The translations under genes were made by a program, and so were the position numbers. DNA of 64,000 bases, taken from positions 273,826-337,825 of the forward strand of contig JAUJMR010000001.1 of NCBI GenBank assembly GCA_030446765.1, read 5' to 3'. This DNA is from Chloroflexia bacterium (GTDB lineage: Bacteria > Chloroflexota > Chloroflexia > Thermobaculales > Thermobaculaceae). The notes under the pieces are model-generated. The model searched no databases. It was not told where the DNA came from and saw only the letters and a list, made by a program, of their open reading frames with translations. The first letter of the stretch is position 1. Each line of letters begins with the position of its first letter. Positions 10,258 through 18,990 of this stretch are shown here, piece by piece.

Positions 10258-11175
10258 ATGGCCGGAATATCGTCGACTCAACAGTATCCTCAGAGAGCAG
10301 GACTTCGCGCATCACTGCGCAACCAGAAATATCAGGAGCGAGCCCTTTCCGATCTTCTGCACTGTGCTCCTGATCGTCGGTGCGCTGATCATCCTCTTCC
10401 CTATTGGCTGGATGATTTCGACGTCACTCAAGACTCGGTTCGAGGCTGTACAGTTCCCGCCGACGTGGATTCCGCTGAATCCCAGTGGCATAACTACCGT
10501 GACGCACTTGCTGAACCCGGCGAATCCTTTCCCACGCTACTTCTATAACACGATGTTCTACTCGCTTTCCGTGATGGTCGCGGAAATGGTGTCCTGCGCG
10601 TTTATCGCCTATGGCTTCGCTCGGCTGCGCGCACCGGGCAAGGACGCGCTCTTCCTGCTCGTCCTGGCGACGCTGATGCTGCCGTCACAGGTGACGTTGA
10701 TTCCGCAGTACATACTGTTCGCGCTGAACGGCATAAATTTTCTGGCTGGAACAGTTACACGCCACTGATTGTGCCGCACCTGTTCGGCAGTTCATACCTC
10801 ATCTTCCTACTCCGCCAGTTCTACCGGGGACTGCCGAGGGACTACGAGGAGGCGGGTCTGATTGACGGCGCGAACTACTTTGGGATCTGGTGGCGGATCA
10901 TCCTGCCGCTCTCCCTGCCGGCACTTGGCGCCGTTGCGATCCTCAGCTTTATGTTCCATTACGCAGACTTCCTGGGGCCGCTGCTGTACCTCAACGAAAA
11001 CGCGAAGTACACCTTGTCGCTCGGCCTCCAGCAGTTCCGAGCACCCTTCGGCGGCACTGTGTACCACCTGCTCATGGCGGCATCGCTCGCGACAGTGATC
11101 CCGCCCATTCTCGTGTTCTTCCTCGCACAGCGCTTCTTTATCCAGGGCATTGTTGTGAGTGGGGTGAAGGGCTAA
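10258..11175 (+). pseudogene. Carbohydrate ABC transporter permease (MalG/UgpE type), two frame breaks
   Basis: ATG 10258 after a GAAAGGA RBS. The frame switches at the CCC run 10343-10345 into FPIFCTVLLIVGALIILFPIGWMISTSLK. It switches again at AAATTT 10735-10741 into SGWNSYTPLIVPHLFGSSYLIFLLRQFYRGLPRDYEEAGLIDGA (EAA loop). Confidence 0.75.
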
Positions 11176-11282
11176 TGAGCAGCTCTCAAATGGAGGGGGT
11201 GATTGCTAGCCGATTGTGAGTGCGGCGCCCCAGGAGACGAATGGTTCTCTGGGATGAGATCACGAGACACAAGGAGTTACAG

Positions 11283-12849
11283 ATGGATCGGAAGCAAGTG
11301 AGTGCCTGGCGGCTGTGCTTTGCACTCTTCAGCATCTTCGTGCTCATGTTCGTCGCTGCATGTGGTGGCGGGAACAATGGCGGCCAAGCACCGGCTGGAA
11401 ATACAGAAACAACTGCAGGTGATAATGATCCTGACCAAGATGCAGTCCCGGATGCGACCTCGTTTAGCGAAGGCGCCGCACAGGCGACCGCTACAGTGCC
11501 GAAGATCGACGCAACACCCGAAGATCCAGGTAAAGCCAACCGGCGTTGCATCAGTTAAGTGCCAGGAGGGTCAGCGTGAGCTGGTTTGGATGGTACGCAA
11601 CAGCCCGGTAGAGAACGACTGGGAGACCCGGATCGTGCGCCCGGCCTTCCAGAAAGCACAGCCCGATATCTGCCTGCAGATCCTGAGCATCAACCAGGAC
11701 GACATCGCGGTGAAGCGCGCGACGATGCTCTCGTCGGGCCAAGACCTTCACGTGTGGTCACCAAACTGGGGCGGCAATGGCTTCGCCAGCGACCGCGCTG
11801 AGGATCTCCTCGAGGACCTCACACCGCTCATTCAGCAGGACAAGTTCGACACAAGCGTGTTCGTCCCGTCGGTGCTCAAGATCTACGAGGTCGAGGGCAA
11901 GATCTACGGTCTGCCGTTCCTGACGACCGGCTCGTACGTGTACTACAACCAGGAACTGCTGAAGGAGGCGGGGCTCGAGGCGCCTCCAACGAACTGGGAT
12001 GACAAGAGCTGGACGTGGGACAAGATGATCTCCATGGCCAAGAAGCTCACGAAGAACACGAACAACATCAACAAGGCACAGTACGGCCTGCAGACCACGG
12101 TGCTCAACCTCGAGGGTCCGCCGATGATGTTCGGCCACTTTATCTGGCCGGAGGATGCGTACGATACTGGCTATGCCGATAAGGTCAACGTCACGAACGA
12201 CAAGTCGGTCATGGCGTTCCAGAAGTTGCACGACGCCGTGTACAAGGACAAGGTTGCTCCGAATCCGTCCGTCACGTCAGCCCTTGATCAGCTAGGTGGC
12301 GCCTTCGCGTCCGGGCGAGTAGCCATGGCTATGAGCGGTGGTTGGGGCCACTGGAGCTGGAGGGGACTGATTGACGACCCGAACGGCTTCTGCTGGGGCG
12401 TCGCGCCGATGCCTTGGGGCACTCCCGATGCGAAGACCCGCACGGTGATCTACACCGACCCGTGGGCGATCACCTCGGGCCTGGACGATCAGGAGAAGCA
12501 GGATGCGTGGACGTTCGTGAAGTTCCTCGTTTCCGAGGAGCAGGCACGGGCATACACGGATACAACCGGCACGCCGCCGACGCAGACGAAGCTGCTCAAG
12601 GAGTACTACAAGCAGTTCTCCAAGTGCATGCCCGAGGCGAAGATGAAAGAAGTCTTCGAGGGGGCGTTTACCCACGGCCGAGAGTCTTCCAACCACCTGC
12701 TCGCGCAGTGGGACGAGCTCAACCAGGTTTGGGTAAACAACCTAGATCCGTACTTCTCGAACAAGAACGCGAACACAAAGGAGACCCTACAGAAGATCGA
12801 GAAGGGCACGAACGCTGCCCTGGATCAGATCAACGCCGAAAAGGAGTAG
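11283..12849 (+). pseudogene. ABC transporter extracellular solute-binding lipoprotein (family 1), one frame break
   Basis: ATG 11283 after AAGGAG. Lipoprotein signal MDRKQVSAWRLCFALFSIFVLMFVAAC plus a low-complexity linker sit in one frame and stop at 11556-11558. The mature domain (ELVWMVRNSPVENDW ... to 12849) is in the +1 frame. The junction is about 11520-11556. Confidence 0.75.
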
Positions 12850-12877
12850 CCAGCTACTCGACGGCTAAGGTGGACAT

Positions 12878-12915
12878 GGAGGGCGCGGGAGAGAATATCC
12901 CCCGCGCCCTCCTTT
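12878..12915 (+). terminator. GC-rich hairpin terminator candidate after the ABC operon
   Basis: Perfect 12-bp stem GGAGGGCGCGGG / CCCGCGCCCTCC (12878-12889 and 12901-12912), 11-nt loop, followed by only TTT. Confidence 0.55.
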
Positions 12916-13234
12916 GCGTGGAACGACAACTCCACCAATGGCGCGCCGAATTGGCCGACAGAAGGCTAGGCTATTGCGGACCAGGACGGATGGGCACTGG
13001 TTCGAGAAGTACTGCACGCAGGCCCACGCGTACCTCAAAGCGGAGGTGCGTTCGAACACGTCGTCCACGGACTGCCGGATCTGTGGAAGATCAAAGCCTG
13101 CCTGGCCGGGCCAGCCACGCAGGGTATGCGCACGTCCCAAACTGAGGGCGTCGTGGTATTGGGGATCAGTCCAAACGCAGGTGGTCGCCGGTAATCCGGT
13201 TCCTCGTGTCAACCTGACACGTTTCGGCGAAGCT

Positions 13235-13453
13235 TCAGAAAACGCTGTACGTGAAGTACGCCGCGATCGCCGACGCGAGCCTAGTGCGATGGGGCACAAG
13301 GTCTACGCCGCCGCAGTGAGGGCAAGTCGGATCCCCCCACCGGTTCTGCGCCAGCACCGCTCCGGCAAGCACGGTACCGCACGGTGCGCACCGGTACGTG
13401 CCTCTATTTTGCTTCACGCTTCGCACCCTCTCGGATTCGTCCTTGGCCTTCAA
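13235..13453 (-). CDS. Small zinc-ribbon protein (CxxC...CxxC)
   Basis: YRCAPCGTVL...DPTCPHCGG four-Cys ribbon. The likely real start is an internal GTG (MKQNRGTYRC...) behind a GAGAGGG RBS. Confidence 0.4.
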   Translation of the reverse strand: MKAKDESERVRSVKQNRGTYRCAPCGTVLAGAVLAQNRWGDPTCPHCGGVDLVPHRTRLASAIAAYFTYSVF

Positions 13454-13693
13454 AAATATTGTACACGAGGCACTTTTCCGCCGGGCTCAACGCCGCCCGT
13501 CGTAAGCGCAATTGGCTATCGTGCGGCGCAATGCTTTGCTCGATTCTTTACAGTCTATTCATACTTTTCTCATTGCGAGCACGCCGCTATCGGCTCAGAC
13601 TGGAGAGGTCTGTTGCTGTCTGCGAAGAGTACGATTCTCCACTCGACAGCGATGCGAAAGGCGATCACCACCAAGCGGAGGTACCGACGAGCT

Positions 13694-14263
13694 ATGAACA
13701 TACTAGACCGCCGATCCGTTCTGACCTCACTGATCCTCGTCGTAGTCGGACTAACCACTATGCACGCCGGGGCGTCAGCCGAAGCAATCGACGTCACTGT
13801 TTGCGGGAAGATCACGCGGTTTGTTCCTGCCAATTCCAACGCTAACGGCGAGCTGGTTATCGGCGGAGACCGCTTCACGCTCGCGGCAGGTACATTGGTC
13901 GATGAACTCGCTGACGGCGGATCCGCAACCTGTGTGCGCCTCACCTTCGACGGGACTGGCGCAATAACGCGCGTTGGCGCCGTAGAAGGGGACGACCCCA
14001 GCCTATCCGGGGGCAGCGACCACGACAGCGCCGCGGTTGGCGATTCTAATTCTGTCGTTGACGCAGAGCGACCGCAGGCGGATGCAGTCCAGGATGAGCC
14101 ACGCACTGCAGGACAGATAGTGCCCGAACGAACAACCACCGGCGTAGGAGGGCTACCCGTCACGGGCGGCAGCGCCCCGAGCGGTCCACTGTATGCGATA
14201 GTCTCGCTGGCCGCGGTGCTTCTGGCAGGGTTTGGCGTCTTCTCAGCCCGACGCGGCATCTAA
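13694..14263 (+). CDS. Secreted LPXTG-anchored cell-wall protein
   Basis: ATG 13694 after GGAGG. Signal peptide MNILDRRSVLTSLILVVVGLTTMHAGASA. C-terminal LPVTGG, then a hydrophobic stretch (PLYAIVSLAAVLLAGFGVF) and an SARRG basic tail, which is the classical sortase sorting signal. Confidence 0.8.
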   Translation: MNILDRRSVLTSLILVVVGLTTMHAGASAEAIDVTVCGKITRFVPANSNANGELVIGGDRFTLAAGTLVDELADGGSATCVRLTFDGTGAITRVGAVEGDDPSLSGGSDHDSAAVGDSNSVVDAERPQADAVQDEPRTAGQIVPERTTTGVGGLPVTGGSAPSGPLYAIVSLAAVLLAGFGVFSARRGI

Positions 14264-14490
14264 CCGGCGGCTAGCGAGCACGCGCCCCACGGTAGATGCT
14301 GATGCCTCCTCAACAGGCTGCGCATCAGGACGAGCTACCACCGGCGTGGCAGGGCTACCGGTCACGGGCATCAGGGTCGGCCAGGGCTCTGATGTGCCCA
14401 CACTGCAGTACTCCGGCCCGACTACATCGCATTACTGGTACACGTGATTCGAAGCAGGACGTTTGGCTGAGTCGCTAGCCAGTGGGTTCG

Positions 14491-14651
14491 GATGACCAAC
14501 TGATACGCAATCCGGCTGAGCGGTAGGGACTCTCCGGTCGACCAGCATTACTGCGACGAAACCGTGGTCCGAGCCAGTCGGGATATGCCATAGTCTTCAA
14601 CCGGACTGTGATGACCAACTGGGATACGCAATCCGGCTGAGCGGTATGGGA
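14491..14651. repeat. Pair of ~40-nt direct repeats (GATGACCAACTG(GG)ATACGCAATCCGGCTGAGCGGTA(T)GGGA)
   Basis: Copies at 14491-14529 and 14610-14651, nearly identical apart from small indels. Confidence 0.8.
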
Positions 14652-14676
14652 TCCATCGACCCCGTTCCGGCAGCAC

Positions 14677-15376
14677 CTCGCCGCACCAGGCACTCTACAC
14701 AAGTGACAAAGCGTCTAGTAGGGCCGGACCGGAATATACGGACCTAGTACACTACTTCTCGTAGATGAGCTTGATGCGTGTATGACCCCCTGGCAGAAGC
14801 ACCTCCGCCTCAGTAGTTGCACCCTGGGATCCAGGCATGGCGGCTGAGCAACTGGCTCTACTCAGCGTGTATGACTGGGATCAGCAGCACTATCCTCTCT
14901 GCCTGGGACGCTCGTAGTGCCTGAATCGTTGGTCACGTCCACCCAGCGCTTCCCCGCAAGCGGCCCGAGAATGGTTCAGGCAGCCTAGCAGCACTTCTCC
15001 CTTGAGTACCACGCCGAAGGCATGGTCATGGGTACACCTCCATACCGATGCTGGATGCCACTCCCGTAGCAGTTCCATATGTAGCGCAGCATTCTGCTCG
15101 CCGCAGGGCTGTCACGCACTCTCCTTGGGCCACACGTGACAAGGCTTCTGCCATACTCGATGACCAAATGCACGCCAGCGCTATAAGCCGCGCCTCATTG
15201 CTCCCGTCGTCGCAGCTTCCTGTGACGTCACCAGTTCCCGGCTCTTAGGGAAACAGCTCCGTGCTCTCGCCGCACCAGGCGAATACGTCTACACAAGTGA
15301 CAAAGCGTCATCTCCATCAGAGCCAAGCGTGCGTTAGTCCTTCACGGTTTCTGGCCGTGACCGGAATATACGGAAC
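14677..15376. repeat. Pair of direct repeats flanking ~520 bp (short copy 14677-14745, long copy 15266-15376)
   Basis: Shared blocks are CTCGCCGCACCAGGC..CTACACAAGTGACAAAGCGTC and GGCCG(T)GACCGGAATATACGGA(A/C)CT. The long copy carries extra internal sequence. Confidence 0.75.
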
Positions 15377-15719
15377 TCGTGTTAGCGTAACCTGGCCGCT
15401 TGTACACCTCCAGTGGCATCCGCCACACGAACTCGGCATTCTGTTTCAGGATGCACCGACATCGAGCGAAACCACCTCTGATGCCAAATGGTTCCCGAGA
15501 TGTCACCTTGATGTCACATGGTAGGTCCACAAGGGTCAGGGTAGAGCTCAAAAACCGCAGCGTTCCGGCCTGTTGGGTTTAGACACCGACAACGGCGGGA
15601 AACTTGGTCCCTGTACTTCCGGGACCCATATGGACATCTCCCGCACAATTGCAAGATGACTCCATCGCCAAGCTTCAGCCGCGGCATTCCAGACCACTTA
15701 TGGTCGCATTGCTATGGCC

Positions 15720-17051
15720 TCAGGCGGACGCTTCTTGTGGTACGGCATCCGTGATTGCGGCGCCGAGTGTGCGCAGCCGGTCCTGGAAATGCTCGTAGCC
15801 TCGCTCCATCCAGTGTACGCCGCTAATCCGGCTGGTCCCATCCGCGCACATGGCCGCGATCATGAGCGTCGCGCCAGCACGCAGATCTGGAATCTCCAGT
15901 TCACCTGCGTGGAGCGGTGTGCAGCCGCGGATTAGTGCGGCGTGATAGTACGCCGGGTCGTCATCCCGGGCGTTCCAGTTGTACCCGTGTTCCGGTACAG
16001 GTGGATTCACGAGCTCTATGTCGGCGCCCATCTCGTTGAGCTGACTGGTGTACCCAAGTCTGTTCGGGAAAATCGTCTCATGTACAAGGCTCTCACCCCG
16101 GGCCTGGGTCAGCAGCACAACGAAGGGTGCCTGCCAGTCTGTCATGAAGCCGGGGTGAGCCTCCGTCACGACATCCACCGCCACTAGCGGTCCACCACGC
16201 CGGACGCGCAGGCCTTCAGGGAATGAGTCCACCCGAACGCCAACTTCAGCAAGCTTTACCAGAAGCGCCGTCATGTCGGACTTTCGCGCGCCGTCCAGAT
16301 AGATATCACCATCAGTCGCCGCTGCGATACAGGCAAACGTGCCCGCCTCGATCCGGTCGGGCATGACCGTATGATGGACACCGTGCAACTCTTTCACGCC
16401 GTCGACTTCGATAGTCCTCGGAGCGCTGCGTCGTATGCGTCCCCCCATGGAGTTCAACATCTCAATGAGATCATCAACTTCGGGTTCCTGCGCGGCATTG
16501 GCAATGATCGAGCGCCCTTCCGCGGTGACCGCGGCAAGCAGTTGGTGCTCGGTGCCCATATGCGAGTTTTTGTTGAAGGTATACTCGCACCCACGCAAAC
16601 GCTCGCAAGTCGCGTTGTAGTAGGCACCGTCATACTCAAGCTTAACCCCAAACGGAACCAAACCGGCGACGAGGCGATCCACTGGCCTATGGCCGATGCG
16701 ATCACCGCCGGGGTTCGGGACACTTGCCTCCCCGCAGCGGGCGATCAGCGGTGCCAACACCGCGAACGATGCGCGGATCTTCTCCGCGACATCGATCCCA
16801 AATCGCACTGGTCGCAGGTTCGCCGCGCAGAGGCGGAGGGTATGCGGCCCGTTCCAGTCGACAGTCACGCCGAGCGAGCGGAGCAGACCGGTCATCACCT
16901 CAACATCACTGATCCGCGGGACGTTCGAGAGGAGAACTTCCTCTTCGGTCAGAAGTGCTGCTGCCATCATCTTCAGAGCAGCGTTCTTCGCCCCCGCAAT
17001 CCGCACCTCACCACGCAGAGGAACGCCCCCGCGAACTTGAATCAGATCCAT
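15720..17051 (-). CDS. murA: UDP-N-acetylglucosamine 1-carboxyvinyltransferase
   Basis: MDLIQVRGGVPLRGEVRIAGAKNAALKMMAAALL..., PGGDRIGHRPVD, and a full-length family match. ATG 17051 after a GAGGGGGG RBS. Confidence 0.93.
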   Translation of the reverse strand: MDLIQVRGGVPLRGEVRIAGAKNAALKMMAAALLTEEEVLLSNVPRISDVEVMTGLLRSLGVTVDWNGPHTLRLCAANLRPVRFGIDVAEKIRASFAVLAPLIARCGEASVPNPGGDRIGHRPVDRLVAGLVPFGVKLEYDGAYYNATCERLRGCEYTFNKNSHMGTEHQLLAAVTAEGRSIIANAAQEPEVDDLIEMLNSMGGRIRRSAPRTIEVDGVKELHGVHHTVMPDRIEAGTFACIAAATDGDIYLDGARKSDMTALLVKLAEVGVRVDSFPEGLRVRRGGPLVAVDVVTEAHPGFMTDWQAPFVVLLTQARGESLVHETIFPNRLGYTSQLNEMGADIELVNPPVPEHGYNWNARDDDPAYYHAALIRGCTPLHAGELEIPDLRAGATLMIAAMCADGTSRISGVHWMERGYEHFQDRLRTLGAAITDAVPQEASA

Positions 17052-17230
17052 CTGCCCCCCTCTATACCGGTTGCCGGCTCGAGGCCAGTGTGTCATACGC
17101 CTGCACCTCAGTCAAGATAATGGCACAGAACGTTCCATGGCTGTTAACGCGGCGTTTACGCCTTATGGGTGGCACTCACTGGGAATTTCGGAATCGGCGA
17201 GATAGCCGTTCAGGCCTCGGGAGCCTGAAG

Positions 17231-17485
17231 CTAGAACGCGCGGTCCGCGAAGGTGAGGTAGTTTTCCCCGAAGGTATCGGTGAGCAGCGAGCGTGCCGAT
17301 TCGTATGTGTTCCGGGTGACGAGCAGCCGGTGGGGTACGAAACCACTAGCGCCCCAGCCACCGTATCCCGCGCCCTGTGGCTGCACCAAGCAGCGGATAC
17401 CCGCCCGGCGCAACAGCTCCGCGTACATGCCCGCCAGCGTCACATCGGGCAGGTTAGCAAGGACCACCAAGTCCTCAGTCGCCAC
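17231..17485 (-). CDS. DUF2007-like small protein (putative signal-transducing fold)
   Basis: 84 aa. LVVLANLPDVTLAGMYAELLRRAGIRC...ARSLL pattern. Its GTG start overlaps the upstream stop (TAGTG). Confidence 0.55.
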   Translation of the reverse strand: MATEDLVVLANLPDVTLAGMYAELLRRAGIRCLVQPQGAGYGGWGASGFVPHRLLVTRNTYESARSLLTDTFGENYLTFADRAF

Positions 17486-17874
17486 TAATGCATCTCTGCC
17501 AGTAGCGTACGTACCTGCCGAGCCCGAACCGGGGATACTACGGAGGCACTAGCGTAGAGATAGCGCAGCCACGGTCCGCACCGTGCGCCGGAGACTCCGA
17601 CCCAGTGGGCCGCACCAACTGGCCGGGCGGGACTTCGCCGACCGGTCACTTCCTCGACGACATCGGCGATCTGCTCCGCCAGTCCCCAATGTACGAGGAC
17701 ACTCGCGACCGGATAGCCACCATTGTTACGGCCGACGAATCCGGCTCTGTCCCATAGGCCCCGGAGTACATGGCTCTTCTCATTGTTCGAGAGATCAGGA
17801 AGGAGCATATTCGAGCCAACCAACCAGCGGCCGAGGTTGTACAGCTCTTCTTCCGTGACGCTCGTTGGCGTCAC
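17485..17874 (-). CDS. Hypothetical protein with a degenerate LAGLIDADG-like motif
   Basis: 129 aa. LRGLWDRAGFVG resembles LAGLIDADG with the last acidic residue replaced. Translationally coupled on both sides (TAGTG overlaps at 17874 and 17485). Confidence 0.5.
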   Translation of the reverse strand: MTPTSVTEEELYNLGRWLVGSNMLLPDLSNNEKSHVLRGLWDRAGFVGRNNGGYPVASVLVHWGLAEQIADVVEEVTGRRSPARPVGAAHWVGVSGARCGPWLRYLYASASVVSPVRARQVRTLLAEMH

Positions 17875-18821
17875 TACAGCTCCTCGGTTGGCGCGGGCTG
17901 CCCTTCCTGCAGGGCGAGTAACCGGAGACGCAGCCGCCGATTGGCAGGGTCAATGTCGAACGCTCGAGTCAGCAGTGCCTCGGCTTCCGTGCGCCGCTCC
18001 TCCTGCCAGAGCAACAGAGCCAGATTGGACATGATCCACGGCTCGTCCGGCTCCAGTTGCAGGGACTTGCGCCAGAACCCCTCGGCGGCCTCCCGTTCAC
18101 CCTTGCGTGCAAGCAGGGCCGCAAGCTCGTGATACGCGAAACAGCTATCAGGATCGAGCTCGACCGCCCGAGCAAAGGCCTTTATACCTTCGTCCATGAG
18201 CTCGAGCTCCCGACACGCCAGGCCACTCCAGAACCACGCCTCGTACCAGGTCGCCTCCTCTTCGATCACCTCTCGCAGGAGCTGCAGACCACGCTCGGGC
18301 TCATTGTGGTTTACCAGGTACGAGGCTTCCTCACACATCCGGTGCAGGTGCTGGACGCGGTCCAGTTCGAGGAGTTCCGCTTCTATCTCCGCAACCTGTG
18401 GCCCCATCGGCTCCATTTCGAGGAAGTAGTTCCACATCTCCCGGGCTCGCCAGGGAGCTTCCATGTCGCGGTACATGAACCCAAGCGCGCGATACGCCGG
18501 GGCGAAGTCGGGATCGATCCTAAGAGCATCGAGGAGGTGCTCGCAGGCACTTTCATAGAGGGCCTCGGTCCTTCGATCATCGCAAACCGTGCCCGAAAGC
18601 AGCAGATTCCGATACGCTGCCGCCAGGTCCGTGCGGTACACGGGGTTCTGTGGGGCGACCTCGACTGCCTGTTCGAACGCAAGCACTGCATCCTCGAGTC
18701 TGCCGTCCTGGGAGTGCTTCGCGCCAAGGTTCACCAGCCGGCTTGCCTTACCTTCCAGCCCTGCAATCTCAAAGAGCGGCATTTCGAGCGAGTCTCGACC
18801 ATCGACGGGCTGCTCGTGCAT
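17874..18821 (-). CDS. TPR repeat protein
   Basis: Repeated A..YE.A...P......Y..LG..Y helical pairs throughout. ATG 18821 after an AGGGGGAA RBS. The track ORF extends to 18896. Confidence 0.75.
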   Translation of the reverse strand: MHEQPVDGRDSLEMPLFEIAGLEGKASRLVNLGAKHSQDGRLEDAVLAFEQAVEVAPQNPVYRTDLAAAYRNLLLSGTVCDDRRTEALYESACEHLLDALRIDPDFAPAYRALGFMYRDMEAPWRAREMWNYFLEMEPMGPQVAEIEAELLELDRVQHLHRMCEEASYLVNHNEPERGLQLLREVIEEEATWYEAWFWSGLACRELELMDEGIKAFARAVELDPDSCFAYHELAALLARKGEREAAEGFWRKSLQLEPDEPWIMSNLALLLWQEERRTEAEALLTRAFDIDPANRRLRLRLLALQEGQPAPTEEL

Positions 18822-18990
18822 GGTGGTTCCCCCTTGTGCCCGGAAGAAACCGGGGCGATTGGCCGCTCTTCCCGCATTATACTCACCGCCTGACACAAGC
18901 TCAATACGTTACGGATGTGGTCTTTTTTGACACCGCTGAACAGCGAGCGGCATAATCGGCTGGCAATCACAATGCTGAAAGGAAGCTTTT

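Noticed and set aside
10735-10741. A AAT TTT matches the X XXY YYZ slippery-heptamer pattern exactly at the frame switch in permease 2, so programmed -1 ribosomal frameshifting is conceivable.
   Set aside because: A -1 slip there does restore the conserved SGWNSYTPLIVPHLFG continuation. However, there is no obvious downstream stimulatory structure, and there is no biological rationale for a transporter permease. More than a dozen other genes in the window show the same kind of break at homopolymers, so a 1-nt indel error is far more likely.
12914-13693. The 260-codon N-terminal extension of the ORF containing the LPXTG protein (the track ORF starts at 12914).
   Set aside because: The extension is Arg-rich junk that overlaps the terminator and the minus-strand zinc-ribbon ORF. 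A proper signal peptide begins at ATG 13694, which is preceded by GGAGG.
14060-14460. The LPXTG-tail repeat as a diversity-generating retroelement VR/TR pair.
   Set aside because: The mismatches between the copies are not adenine-specific (A>G, G>C, C>G). The similarity is only about 35 nt plus weak flanks, and no reverse transcriptase gene is present in the window.
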